Under the pieces are notes generated by a model. It was given only the letters and a program-made list of their open reading frames with translations, had not been told where the DNA came from and ran no database searches. A DNA stretch of 64,000 nt, taken from NCBI RefSeq assembly GCF_902459465.1, contig NC_047074.1, forward strand, positions 1,984,001 through 2,048,000. Direction: 5' to 3'. A program made the position numbers and the translations under genes. Every line of letters starts with the position of its first letter. The first letter of the stretch is position 1. Positions 49,477 through 62,334 of this stretch are shown one piece after another. Source of the DNA: Asterias rubens. Taxonomy: Eukaryota.

Positions 49477-52400
49477 ATGAAGTAAGTCTATTTTGAACTT
49501 TTGAATTTGAGAACAGTTCATTGTTTGGTTTGGAATTTAATTTTATTTTTATAAAAAATTAGGCCTATTTAATAATAATATGATTATGATCATTTTCATG
49601 GAATCATGGTCTTACTTTATTTTTGAGGTGATATATTTTTTATGACTAAAACAATTTATGACTATGAGAGATTGAGATTGATTGATAATTGAATGAGATT
49701 GAAAACACGATAAATTAATAATTGTTTACAAATTATTTTATTTAGCTCTTTTTATTAAAGTTTAAACTTCATTATTCATGGAATCATGATCACCATCCCC
49801 CACCCCTCCTGAATTCCAACCACTCAAAATTTCTTTTAAAAAATAATTCAGCGCCCGTCGCCCCAGTTAATGGGTCTACTACTACTACTACTACTACTTG
49901 GCCAATAAGCTAAACTGGATTCCTTCCTCCAAAAATCCAATCAAAGTCCAACCATGGAAGGGTATGAAAGTTTCATGGAAGGTTGGCTGGTGGTTGGCTG
50001 GCGGTATACTGTACTTCCTCTAGAAATAGAACTACATCATACATGTATGAATATGATGTTTGCTATCATAATCATGGAGGTAGCAGAACCAACCTCATGT
50101 CATGATAGACAGGGGTGAGTAGTTGGCTGGTAAATCTGTTTTCTAAGTCAGCAATGTGAATTGACAATGACACGGGTATGAGTCACACCGGGTAATTTAA
50201 TAATCTCAAATTGTTTCTGAATAATGCCATTTTGATATTTCTACCTCCAGCCCGCTTACTAATGTGAAGAACATCAATAAACTAAATGAAATTGAAGCAG
50301 AGTTGGGCCTAACAGGCGGCAAGACATCGTGGCATCAACAATATAAAGACAGTGCCTACATATTCATCGGCGGTCTGCCCTTTGACCTCACTGAGGGTGA
50401 CATCATCTGTGTTTTCTCCCAGTAAGTGACCCCCCCCCCCCCCACTCCCCCATGTCTATCTTACCAAACCCCCAGTGGCATACTGAGTAAGCCTGTGCAA
50501 CTAGTGTCGGAGTCATTGCTATTAATTTAATAATGATACTAAGAAATTCTTACTGTTAAAGCGCATTTCACGATAATCGTATCAATGCACTTTTCATTAG
50601 AGCCCTGGTCATTGGGCCAACTAATTGGTTATTCGTGCCGCCCTGACTACAACAAAAATAGTCACGATGGTTGTTGGATTAATTTTCTTCTTGCAAACTT
50701 ACACAAAGCCTTCAAAAGTGCCCTTTAAAAAAGAGATTATTCTACCCATAACTCTGGTCTTGCATTTTTTATGTTAAAAACTTTAAAGTTCAGGAGTAGC
50801 AATTTATTCACTGTAAAAAACGTAATTAAAAATACAACTTTGGTGCTACTAAAAAGGAACAAGGTAAGTTTCTATTTATTTTGTTATAATTTATTCTCTG
50901 ACGATCTTCTTTCCTCAGGTATGGTGAAATCATGAATATTAATCTTGTGAGGGACAAGAAATCCGGGAAGTCCAAAGGTTACTGTTTCTTGGCCTACGAA
51001 GATCAAAGGAGTACAATACTGGCTGTAGACAACCTCAATGGCATCAAGGTAGGCATTAGCCTTTTGTCAAGGCCTTTGTGGCTCGGACAGCTTCAAAGAG
51101 CCGCACACACTGGGAGACCACACGCGAGTGGCTTCACTTGTTTGCGGTTTCTTATGTGTTGCTTGAAATCTCAACTTTTGCTACCCAAATGGTAGCAAAA
51201 GTCCAAACCATTCAGAAGCGATGGGGGTCAGCGGGTCAGCATACAGTAATGCATGTTTCATACTCTATGAATAATTCATCAACAAAACTGCAAAACAAGT
51301 TGGAAAAGGCCCTCGTGGCTTCGCCACTCGCTTATGTGGTCTCCAGTTCCAGTTGCTTGGGACCGCGCGGCTCTACGAAGCTGTCCATTCCAAGCCACGA
51401 AGGCCTTGACAGAAGTCTAGGTAGGCATGTAACCTGACGCGAGATGTGACCTGACGCTATGCATCTAAAGACTCTAGACACTATTGGTACTTGGTAGTTA
51501 CTTGAAGTGATTGTCAGCATAAAAACTTACTTGATAACCAAGCAATTGATTATGGTGAGCTGTTGATAGTACAAAACATTGTTAGAGACAGCTCCCTCTG
51601 AAGTAACATAGTTTTTGAGAAATAGCTAATTTGTCTTTTGCCTGAAGCCTTTTTCAGGTATCTGAAAGTACACAAACTTGTGCATCAAACTTATTTGTTT
51701 TTATTATTATAGTTCTCTTGCAACTTCAATGACCAAAATATTTCACATATGTTTGGATACACCAAGTGAGAATACTGGTCTTTGCCAGTTACCAAAGCTG
51801 TCCACTGCCTTTAAACACACTACATGTATAGACATCTGTGAAGAAGTTTAATCTCATTTGTCTTTTGGGGTCTATTATACTTAAAAGTATAACTTAACAG
51901 AATTAAAACATAGTTTTAAGACTCTGAGTCCACATTTGAACATTTGTTTCTGTTCAAGACAGTAAGGTACAAATGGGAAACACAAGACCAGCACCCTCCC
52001 CAGCGGGCATTTGCAGGGTTTTCCCCCAACTTTTTCAGTGACTGGCCAGCAGGACCATTCGTTAGTCCATAAGCTTTGTCAGTAGTCAAATATTTCAACT
52101 GAATTATGTATGCATTTCAAGATATACTCTGACCATGGTTGAAGCGTCAGCTCGTTAACTTTTTTTGCATTATGATTGATTTGAACAGATTCTTGGTAGA
52201 ACAATCCGCGTGGATCACGTCAGTAACTACCGTAAGCCCAAGGAGGATGAAAATGACGATGAAATCACTCTGATGTTAAGAAAAGAAGGATGTGCTCCCA
52301 AGACACCATCTCCACCTGTATCTGAAGATGAGGACACCTCGATGATTCCTCATAAGAAACCGAAAAAAGGTACCGGTAATAAAACCAAATACTGTAACAC

Positions 52401-53855
52401 TAAAATCCTGTGTCAATAATAACAACAATACAGAGCAATAAAAACCGGCATTTCTGCTTGACTTCCTGACAGTTTTCTTCAAGACATCCGTTCTTAACAA
52501 TACACAAATCTAGACACAAAGAAACATCTCTAGGCGCACGGGTTTTCCCAATCTTCCAGCAGGGGACTCCACCAGCAACTAGCTCCACCGCGGAGTTGTG
52601 CTGGCACCATCTACTGGCTGATTGGCACAAATGCTACGCTACCTCAGTCTTAAGGTTTTCCAAAAGTGTTTCCAAGCTAAACTGGTAAAGCCCGGTTCAT
52701 ACTTCCTGTGACTGCGAATTTGATACAAATTTTTACATCACAAATTCGATGAAGTGTGTTCAACTCCTTTGAAACATTTTACTGGGAAAACAGCCATGTG
52801 ATGTCAAAATTTGCTTCACATTCACAATGAGAAAAACGAATGGGTGTGTACATTTCAATTAGGAATCTGCGCATCAGTCATAAGGTCAATCTCAATGCAT
52901 GAATTCAAACGTTTTGGGGTGAAAAAATTATCCAAATCAAAACTTTGAAAGGAATCTTTGTTCAAAATAGTTTTTAATCTCAAAAGCTGCAGTGCTTCTT
53001 ACCAGTAAGTTTGTAATTTTGTTCATAGTATTTACCAATCTATTACCATGTATTACCCTACCTTTGATAACTTTGGAAGACGCTGTTTTCGTTGTTTACA
53101 AAACACATGTTTATGTTTCCTTGCCAACAGACCGCAAGTCAAAGTCTCACGACAAGAAGAAGAAAAAGAAGAAGCACAAGAAGAACCCCTCGAAGCAAGT
53201 GGACAGTTCCGACTCGAATTCCGATCACACGGATCAGGGCCAGGGTTCACCAGTACCGATACGCGTCAAGCAAGAGGTCGATCGTGGTTATGAGGCACAA
53301 CAACAGAAGAAGAGACCGATCCAGCATGACGACAGACACTTCAGAGATGAGATGCAACAGAGAGAAGATGAGGAGCGCCAAGGTAGAAGGACTGAGGGCT
53401 CACAAGGCAAACACAGACAAGATGACAGGGGTCGATTCCAAGACTCCAGCATCGCTGAGGGACGGGGAGATAGATGGAATGAGAAAAACTCTGATAAAAG
53501 AGAAACTCAAAAGTATCACGGAGGAAGAGTTCGTGATCAAGGAAGCGATAGAGAGATTGACAGAGAGAGAAGTCGAAATCGGGAAAGCCGTCAGGAGGAT
53601 GAAACGGATAGAGCAAGGGGTCGACAAAATTCAGACCGGGGTTCCGGTAAACCGTGGGAGGCCAAGCTGGAGATGAGAGGAGAAACTGAAAGAGATAGAT
53701 ACAGAGGTAGCGATGAGACGTACGGAGAACGGCAGAGGGACAAGCGCCAAGACCGGGACAGATCTGATGAAAGACAAGAAAGATACTCTCATCGGGAACC
53801 TGAGAGGAAGTCTTACAAAAGCAGTGGAGCAAGAAGAGACGATTCAAGGCGATAA
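49477..53855 (+). CDS. RBMX2: RNA-binding motif protein X-linked 2 (Snu17/Ist3, RES complex), about 403 aa
   Basis: Exons 49477-49481 (ATGAA|gt), 50251-50421, 50919-51048, 52189-52369, 53131-53855. Translation [101 protein letters not shown], followed by a Lys-rich and an RD/RE-rich tail. Confidence 0.96.
51062..51412. mobile_element. TIR element with long inverted arms in RBMX2 intron 3
   Basis: tgtcaaggcctttgtggct..ggacagcttc..gagccgc..ggagaccaca..gcgagtggc is mirrored at 51320-51412. Confidence 0.7.
51469..51810. mobile_element. Kolobok-like MITE
   Basis: Family consensus, ending in tgtccactgcct|ttaa. Confidence 0.75.
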
Positions 53856-54818
53856 ATGAAATAAACTTTTTATTTTACAATTAAATTCTTGCGTTTTGTT
53901 GAAAAGACATGGATAGGAATAACTCAGATGTGGGCTGGGAGCATCTTCTTTGATGGAACAGGGTAATTTTTCACTTTGCCAAGGGCACTTCCAATGGTAA
54001 TTTGTTTATGTCAGCACTAACTTCCACCGCTGGTTTATATAAGTCATTGTAGTTCTCACTTGTCTAATAAACTTGAAGAATGTCATAACATAGATTTATG
54101 TTTTTGTCAATAAAATGTGTATTGGTTCCTATATCTCGGTGCCATGTGGGTTGTTTTTTCGTTTTCTTTACATCTCTGTACAGCACTACTAGTGGTTTAG
54201 GGTGTACTTTGGTTTTAAAAGTACTAGGTCGTAGTTGATCGGGGAGTAGGCCAACCCTGCCAATATTCAAGATGTGAACAGGAAACTTTCTAGGGGCTGA
54301 ACAACATTAATTTGGAATTGATTCGTTCTTCAACAAAAGTTCATTCTTGTCAATACTGTGAGAATTATAAAGTGTGAGAGTTGTATTTTGGAGTTTTTTT
54401 TGTGGGGGGTGAAAAGCGAATGATAAGTGAGGAAGAAAGACACAATCATCACTGAATGATGAATCGTACAAAGAAATTAGTCACTGTGGTATAACAACCA
54501 CTTAAAAATATTTGGTTGTTTCCCCATCCCAAACATTTTGATTGGCTTCTTTTTAATTGATAAAGAACATATTTTGGAGGTATGCCAGACACGGCTGGAG
54601 ATAATACAAATCAATAATTTTGTTCCGTCTTACCATTAATTGGGCAGAAATCAGATATGTCATTAATAATGTCTAATAGTTTTGGCCCCTAGAAACAAGA
54701 CTTATAATTTGGATGGCCTCTTACTGACTGATGTCGCAATAGTTGTCCATGCGCGGTACCCTGACTGCTGCCAACAAGATTTGTAATGTATACGTGTAAC
54801 ATGTAAAGGCGCCATACT

Positions 54819-54832
54819 ATTCCTTTTTCTCC
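54819..54832 (+). promoter_or_regulatory. Candidate TCT initiator / 5'TOP pyrimidine tract of TCTP paralog 1
   Basis: ttcctttttctcc lies about 70 nt upstream of the ATG. TPT1 mRNAs are known 5'TOP mRNAs in vertebrates. Confidence 0.5.
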
Positions 54833-54898
54833 ATTGAGCTGTTCGGCGTTGGGCCTAAAATATTTGACTGCCAAAAGCAATCCGAAGAATCCTCCAAA

Positions 54899-57800
54899 AT
54901 GATCATTTTCAAGGATAAGAATTCCGGTAAATATGTTTCTTTGATATGTAATTATTTTATCTTACTGTTTGTTAAGAAAAAAAATTAAGTATTTTTTGTC
55001 TAAAAACGGCATTTAAAAATTAAATATACTGACTGTCATTTTGTGAACTGCACAATGACATCATTATTGTACACAACTTTGTGTTTTTTTATATCCACGG
55101 ATGATAGTAATGTGTCAGCTTTCGGAAATCCTTTAGGAGTAAATTAAAGAAAGACTTCCGTATCCTGCCCTGCCACAACTTGTTCACTTACTTTTACAAA
55201 ATATATCTCATTTTTTGAGTCGGTTACTTTTTAGTTGGATAAGATTACGAATAAAGAAATTGAAAAAGGATGCGGACATTTTTTCCGAAATCTTTCAGAG
55301 ATTCAATGAGCTGCTGTTCCTTGCTCTATGGTGTGAGAGATGAGTCTTAAACTTTGATTTTTTATATTAATATGTAAAAGCAAAAACAGTTTCCCTCATT
55401 TTAAAACCTTGTTTTGATTAAATTACACTTTAACGAAGTAAGGTAAGGCTAAGCAGCTAAGGGAAACATCATGTCCGTTATTGTAATTATATAAAATATT
55501 CCATCCATATTTCACACTCGCCACATCGTCCAGTCACGATGTCCGTCATTCAGCATGCTTACAAATACAAGTTACAACAGCAGCGCTGCTGCACAACCTT
55601 GTAACACCCCCCCCCCCCCCTTTCGGATTTAACCATTTCATGAATCATAAAATGGTTTATCCAACTCGGCCGCGGCTCATCTGTTCCTCATCAACTGTCC
55701 TGGTACCCGTGGGTACAGCGTTGGTGACCAACAAAATATAAAGCAAGAATTCCAAAAACTTACGATAAAAACTACAGAAAAATAACAGTAAGTATCGAGA
55801 AGAAAATTTAATATTTGTTATTGTAACTCAACAAAAAAAAAGCAATCCTATGTCTTAATTAAAGGCAGTGGACACTTTTGGTAATTACTGAAAATAATTA
55901 TTGTCATGAAACCTTTCTTGATTGCGAGTAATGGGGAGAGGTTGATAGTATTATAAAACATTGTGAGAAACAGCTCCCTCTGAAGTGACATAGTTTACGA
56001 GAAGGAAGTAATTTACCACGAATTTGATTTCGAGACCTCAAGTTTAGAATTTGAGGTCTCACAATCAACCATCTAAACGCACACAACTTCGTGTGACAAG
56101 GGTGTTTTTTTTCTTTCATTATACTCTCGCAACTTAGATGACTGATTGAGCTTAAATTTTCACAGGTTTGTTATTTTATGCATATGTTGAGATACACCAA
56201 CTGTGAAGTCTAGTCTTTGACAATTACCAATAGTGTCCACTGCCTTTAAAGTATATTAAGTGGAGAAAGTTTTGGTTGCGTGGTACAAATGCAACTGGAG
56301 TTATTGATCATTGATGGCAAACGACTGTAAAATTTTCATCTATCAACAACGATTTTTGAAAACGTACAACTTTATAAGGGGGCCAAAAATGTTGGCCCCC
56401 CCTAAATAGTTTCTAGAAGTAGCATAGCAGCAGCTGTGTGGCCAACACTCTGAATCCTTGGCCACGCCCGTCTGGATTGTCTTTTGCACATAATTGTTCC
56501 TCAGGCTCTGTCCTTTCCCATGGCTCAATTTTATGGCTCTGCTTCATCACCATTCTCGGCCAAAAGATTGCCTATTACAGTAACAAGCACAGGTTACGCA
56601 CTATCAAAAGTTTCCTGCTAACCCAGTGAAACACACTTGATGCATAAGGTGAAATTTTCTGCTTCCAGGAGCACCGATTCTTTGCTTATGTTACGTTCAG
56701 CAGAGCCATGAAATCAGGCCCTTGACTTGCATTGTTAGTATTACATAATAGTATTAGGCTGAAAATGGTGATGGTAAGCACAGTAAGTGCCCACTTTTTT
56801 TTTTTTTTTTTTTTTTTCTCAAAAAGCCTTTATGCTCACAATTTTGCTAAGACCAAGTGTTTGTTTTGTTTACCAAACAGGTGCGGAGATGTTTACTGAT
56901 GCAACCAAGTACACATTGGTGGATGATGTTGTGTACGAAGTTGAAGGAAAGGTGAGGGTCATTTTTATTTCAGCCAGATTTTTACCGTTTTGTGCCCATA
57001 GCAGAGAAAGAGCCACAATCTTTTGGTTTGAAAATACTCACGACTAGTGACAAATTCTTGACGAATTTAAGCTCAATTAGTCGGATTTCCAATGCTGAAT
57101 TTTTGAAAGGGCAAGGGCACCAAGGCATTTTTCCTTTGTAAAGGTCACCCTGTGACTGACTAAACTGTAAATTTCTACTGGTACTGGAGCATTTCAAGGG
57201 CACCAAGGGCACATACAGGCAATCGCCTTCGTTGCCTTAGTGAAGTAAATAAGCCTGGATATGTATGCTTTATATGTACACCATTATTATTGTTTTTAAA
57301 AGAAAGTGTATTTGTTATCAATGAATTGTTTTACAGATCATAACTGTGAAGGATGACATGAGCAACGTTAACATCGGAGCAAATGAGTCTCAAGAAGAGG
57401 CCTCAGAGGGTCTTGAAGAAGGCATGAAAAGAGGTGTGAATGTTGTTATTTACAGTCGGCTTGAAGAGCTTACAGACTTCGCCAAGTACACCGTTGAACA
57501 GTACATGAAATACATGAAGTCCTACATGAAGACGTGAGTTAGATTTTGTCAAGCGAGGGCACCCAATTTCATGGTTATAATAATATACAGTCGACTCCCG
57601 TTATTACGAGCTCGCATGTTACGAGGTTCCGGTTGATACAAGGTTTTTTGCCGGTACCGTTCGCCCATGCATGTTTCAATGCATTAAAATACTGATTATA
57701 CGAGCACGGTAGTAGCGAGAACACGGTTATAACGAGGTAATTTGGGAGACCCATTACGAGCAAAACATTGTTTAAAACCCTTCTATAACAAGAACAATTC

Positions 57801-60169
57801 AAAAACCAACTAAGGAAATACCTGTACAGCCGGTAAAGTCGATATTTGTGGCTTAAGACACACAATAGAGGTGTTAAGTGGACGCTAGCAACTCTAAATC
57901 CGAAATCGGGAGTCACGAGTCAGCAAGCAAGGTTGTTAATTCCAAACTCCGGACAATGGTGAGATTAGGAAGCTTGCATGGTTCAAACATGAGAAATCTT
58001 AAGAAAAGATACTGATCCACTGAGTTTATAAGCGCATTATAAATTTCCAGAAGAAAAAAACCACCCGCAATTCACAAGCAAAACTAGTTGCATGAGCAAT
58101 ATTATTGAATGCAAAAGCAAGATTTTACCTGGTATCCCACATTGGCAATGAACCATCTAACATGACACAGGTGTTTACCAATGAAAATCAAGATTCTATT
58201 TTTTGTTGCTGCAACGAGTGTATTGCACGTGCACACACATGCATTAGGAATATAACACAGAACAGCACAATCTTCCCTGGTATCTCGCGTTAGCACTGAA
58301 CTACGGCCAAAGTTTTTCACAGCATGTGCAATATGATTGCAGCAGCAAGATTTTCGCTGGTATCTTGCAGCAGCAATGAACCATCCAGCATTAAATAGGT
58401 GGTTACCTATGAAACCAAGACTCTATTTATTGCATTGGCAATAAACTGCCGGCGACCAAAGTTTTGTAGGGGAAACTTCCCAAACAAGAACGCAAGTTAA
58501 AATCTCACCATTTTTTTTCAATCTTGTAAAAAGTAAATTGATTTTAAAATTGAATTTAAAACTAAACTAACAGTTTTATTAGCCTAATTTTGTGCTTGCT
58601 TTTGCAGTACATCACACACTACTCTATGCACACACACACAGTAGTCCATTGCAGCTCCGCCATGCATCTGTGTACACGTGCGGCCACTATGTCATGCACT
58701 TTGTGCATAGTTCAATGAATATTACTGCGATCGGATGTAACAAGGTTCGGATAATACGAGGAAAACGGGCCAGTCCGGCGGACCTCGTATTAACGGGAGT
58801 CGACTGTATTGGTACATGTATGTAGTGCTTTCACACAGTCCGAAGGGGTCTCAAAGCGCTTCCAACATTATTACTCCTGGACACTGGGCCTTAAAGGCAC
58901 TGTACACGTTAGGTTATTGTCAAAGATCAGTCTTCTCACTTGGTGCATCTCAACACTCTTTCAGATGACTAATAAAAGGTTCAGGCCTGAAATCTTTGAA
59001 TACGTTTACTTCAAGGGAGCCATTTCTTGCAATCTTTTATCCTTGCAAGATAGTTGCAAGATAATAATGAAAGAAAAAACAGCCTTGTCACACAAAGTTG
59101 TGGGCTTTCAGATGCTTGATTTTGAGACCTCCAAATCTAATTCTGCAGTGTGACTTGGCTTTTGCGGACATTGAGGATTCTGTGATTCATAGTGGGCTAT
59201 TTAAATGCTGTTCATTATTATGAAATTGGGTTTTAGTTGGCGGTAAAAGAAAAAGCAGTATGTTTCTCTTTTCCCCTGTGGCCTTTGCTCCCTGCTGTGC
59301 AGCAAACAACAAAACAAATAAAAAGCTACATGTACTAGAACTGTGTGTATCAACTTACCATTGATAATGGAGAATAATTCAAATTCGTTCACCAACCTTG
59401 TTTCGACGATATGTTTTGCTCAGAAGGTTGGGCAAAAATTGTGAGACCTGGGCTGTCCTGCTTTTGCCTTTGAGGATTCGGGTAATTTTTTAAAATGTCC
59501 ACAAATTTATATTAAACTTACACAAATGGAAGATATTGATAGCTTTCCTTCAAATACTACTAGGTGCAGTAGGTTTTGAGATTTCAGTAAAACAAATCTT
59601 AAAATAATTTTTGTCTCATGAGACGAAAGCTAGTTTAGCATGTAAAAACTCATTAACCAGTATTATAAATACCATAACTGGTTAATAAATACCATAACTG
59701 GTTAATGAGTTTTTACATGCTAAAACTGAAGAAAATTATTTTTGTGACAGTTTTTTACTTATTTCTTAAAAACTACAGCACCTCAGTAAGGTTTAATGGA
59801 AGCTCTCTGCTATCATTATCTTCAAACTGTGCAAGTATAACAATAATGTGCGGGCATTGTGTTTTGTAGAATAAAGAACAGCATTCTCCTAAAGTCATCC
59901 ACATTTCTTGTAATCGATTATACTGTAGGCTGGCGCTTCCAGAGGACGCCGAGGAGAAAGCTGCCCTCCAGAAGAAGATCTCCGGCTATCTCAACAAAGC
60001 ATTGGGCAAGAAGTGGAAAAATTTAGAGAAGTTTGATCAATTTTACGGCGAGGGTGCTGGAATCGAACCCGAGAAACTCCCCATGGTTGTTCTGTTGAAC
60101 TACAGAGAAGAGGATGACACGCCGTATTTAGTTTACTTCAAGCATGGTCTTATCGAGGAGAAAGTATGA
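54899..60169 (+). CDS. TPT1: Translationally controlled tumor protein (TCTP) homolog, paralog 1, 178 aa
   Basis: Exons 54899-54926 (MIIFKDKNS), 56881-56951 (AEMFTDATKYTLVDDVVYEVEGK), 57337-57533 (IGANESQEE..YMKSYMK), 59929-60169 (FYGE..MVVLLNYREEDDTPYLVYFKHGLIEEKV*). Phases are consistent. Confidence 0.92.
55863..56245. mobile_element. Full-length Kolobok-like MITE with TTAA target duplication
   Basis: TTAA|AGGCAGTGGACAC ... GTGTCCACTGCCT|TTAA, 383 bp. Confidence 0.88.
57588..58806. mobile_element. Non-autonomous Tigger/pogo-like DNA transposon (TA target duplication)
   Basis: TA|CAGTCGACTCCCGTTATTACGAG ... CTCGTATTAACGGGAGTCGACTG|TA: 23-bp TIRs with 1 mismatch. No transposase ORF. Confidence 0.82.
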
Positions 60170-60965
60170 ATAGGTAAGTGTGCAGGCCTTGCTCTTAAAG
60201 GGACTCCTTGCCTTGGTGTCATGCCCTGAGTCGTCCCCCGGCCTCTGCGGCCATGACCTTCGGTGGTTGTTGTACACAAACAGAATCTCAAGTTGAATCA
60301 ACAAAACTTGAACACAATCAAAAGAAATTCCAAGTCATGATTGTGGTGCTTTGGTCATAACTAAATAGAACCTTGTTACTCCTGTACAACTTCAAACTGA
60401 GGAAACAAAAGTAGTTCTTAAAAACTCATATGACTCTGTGACATGTGGATCTGGCAGTTTTTATCTATGAAGAGTGGTTGAAACTGTTGTTATAAAAAGG
60501 ATCTGGTTAGAAAGATGATTGAAAAGTAGAATAATGATCCACACAAGTTTGCCTCTACATTGCGTGGTTTTCTAGTTTACTTTGCAAACTAACACGGTTC
60601 GCCATTTTGTGGAGTCAAAAGTTTGACACGATACTACAAATGCTTTACTATTGAAAGCTGTTGTCCTTTTAACCAAGTAAGTTTTTGTTGCCATAAATTT
60701 TTAAAGTGGTTACCAAAGGTAAACCTTTCCTTTAATTGTGTATAAATTATTGTCTTTTTCAAACAGGACGCTGTAGGATAGACTGGGAATTTATCAACGT
60801 TTTAGAGGGACATCACTGGACTGGGGAACATCGGCAAGTGTGCCAGAATTGTAAAAAGAATTTATTTAGTCCACTTTGTCAAAATGAATCATCATCTCGG
60901 AAACACTTCTGCTGGAGTCGGCTAGTCAAAACAATCAAAAGGCATGTTCTTTTGGAAAGACTTAA

Positions 60966-61120
60966 GCCCGGTTCATACCTCCCGTGTATGCGATACGAAT
61001 TTTGGCGTCACAAATTCGCTACAAATAATTCCCTTGAAATGTGCTCAACTCCTGTAAGACATTCACAAGCCCTTTGACGTCAACATTCAAAATCGCATTC
61101 GCAGGAAGTATGAACCGGGC
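60966..61120. mobile_element. MITE with GCCCGGTTCATAC TIRs, TTAA-flanked
   Basis: ttaa|gcccggttcatac ... gtatgaaccgggc|ttaa. A related left end lies at about 52689. Confidence 0.75.
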
Positions 61121-62097
61121 TTAAGGCAGTGCTAGGTGGCATTGGACTTTCAATAGGTAGATGCGAAGATTCTTTGAAGTGTGGGTTGTGCTCGGAAACT
61201 GAAAGCTTGTTGTGTTTGCTGCCACCTAGTGTCCAAACATCCTCCATCTTTTCTTCACCGGCACAGATTTCCTGGAGAACAGATCTGTTAAACCTCATGC
61301 AATACGAACAAAAGTGTTTAACAGCACTGGACATGTTTGGTAATTGTCAAAGACCAACTTGGTGTTTCCTTATACATGTGCATAGCTTAACATATCTGTG
61401 GAAATTTGGGCTCGATTGGTCATTTTGGGCCATGATCATTATTTCAGACAGAAACTTTGCACTGTAGAATTTCTACACTAAACAGTTTACTAATAAACTT
61501 TGTTGTCATCATTTTGTGTAGTCTCCTTTGTTGCAATTACAATTTTATACATTTTGGCTCACTGTATGAAACAGTTGACTTATGAAAAAAAGTAGTGTTT
61601 TAAACAAAAATTATTTGTTTATTCTGCTGTGTACAGTAAATTAAATTTAACAACCTGTGAATGTACTACTGTTATAAGTATTGCATTTTTTTGCTGAGCA
61701 TCTATCTGATGTATGCTTATCAATTTACTCTTACATGTGGATTTTATCATAACAAGTCAGCACTAGGAACAAAAGATGACGAATCATGACGTCGGTCTGA
61801 AACGGAATAAGAAACTCGGATATTTCTTTAAATTTTACACTTGGAATCCAAGTTTGATTTTAGAAAGGAACAGGACTCGTTTGTGTTGTCATTATGTTGG
61901 CATTATTTCATAACTGGCATTGTTTACTAGCTTTGAAGACTGTAGGGGTTTAACAAAAACAATCACACATATTTATTCTATAATTGTAGAAGTCAAGGGG
62001 AGAATTAAAGAACATTTATTAATTAAAATTGTGTACCGATTCTTTGTTCCTGGTAGTCGGTATTAGGTTTGCGGTGACACCATGGCATATATCTTAA

Positions 62098-62334
62098 AGG
62101 CAGTGGACACTATTGGTAATTACTCAAAATAATTGTTGGCATAAAACCTTTCTTGGTAATGGGGAGAGGTTGATGGTATAAAACATTGTGAGAAACGGCT
62201 CAATTAAATTGGGAATTTAGTAAACATGTTTTAGTTGGTATTTAAATGAATTAATAGCTCTCTGTGGTTGCTCGTTACCAAGTAAGTTGTTGTACTAACA
62301 ATTATTTTGAGTATAATACTTGTTTCCAGTGCCT
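62098..62334. mobile_element. Kolobok-like MITE abutting the TCTP paralog 2 stop codon
   Basis: TTAA (62094-62097)|AGGCAGTGGACAC ... TCCAGTGCCT|TTAA (62335-62338). Confidence 0.82.

Noticed and set aside
52992-53130. Hydrophobic N-terminus of the 287-aa ORF suggesting a secreted protein
   Set aside because: It is intronic polypyrimidine-rich sequence upstream of the RBMX2 exon 5 acceptor at 53130.
53341-53847. 168-aa antisense ORF and other overlapping ORFs in the last RBMX2 exon
   Set aside because: These are shadow frames of a low-complexity purine-rich coding exon.
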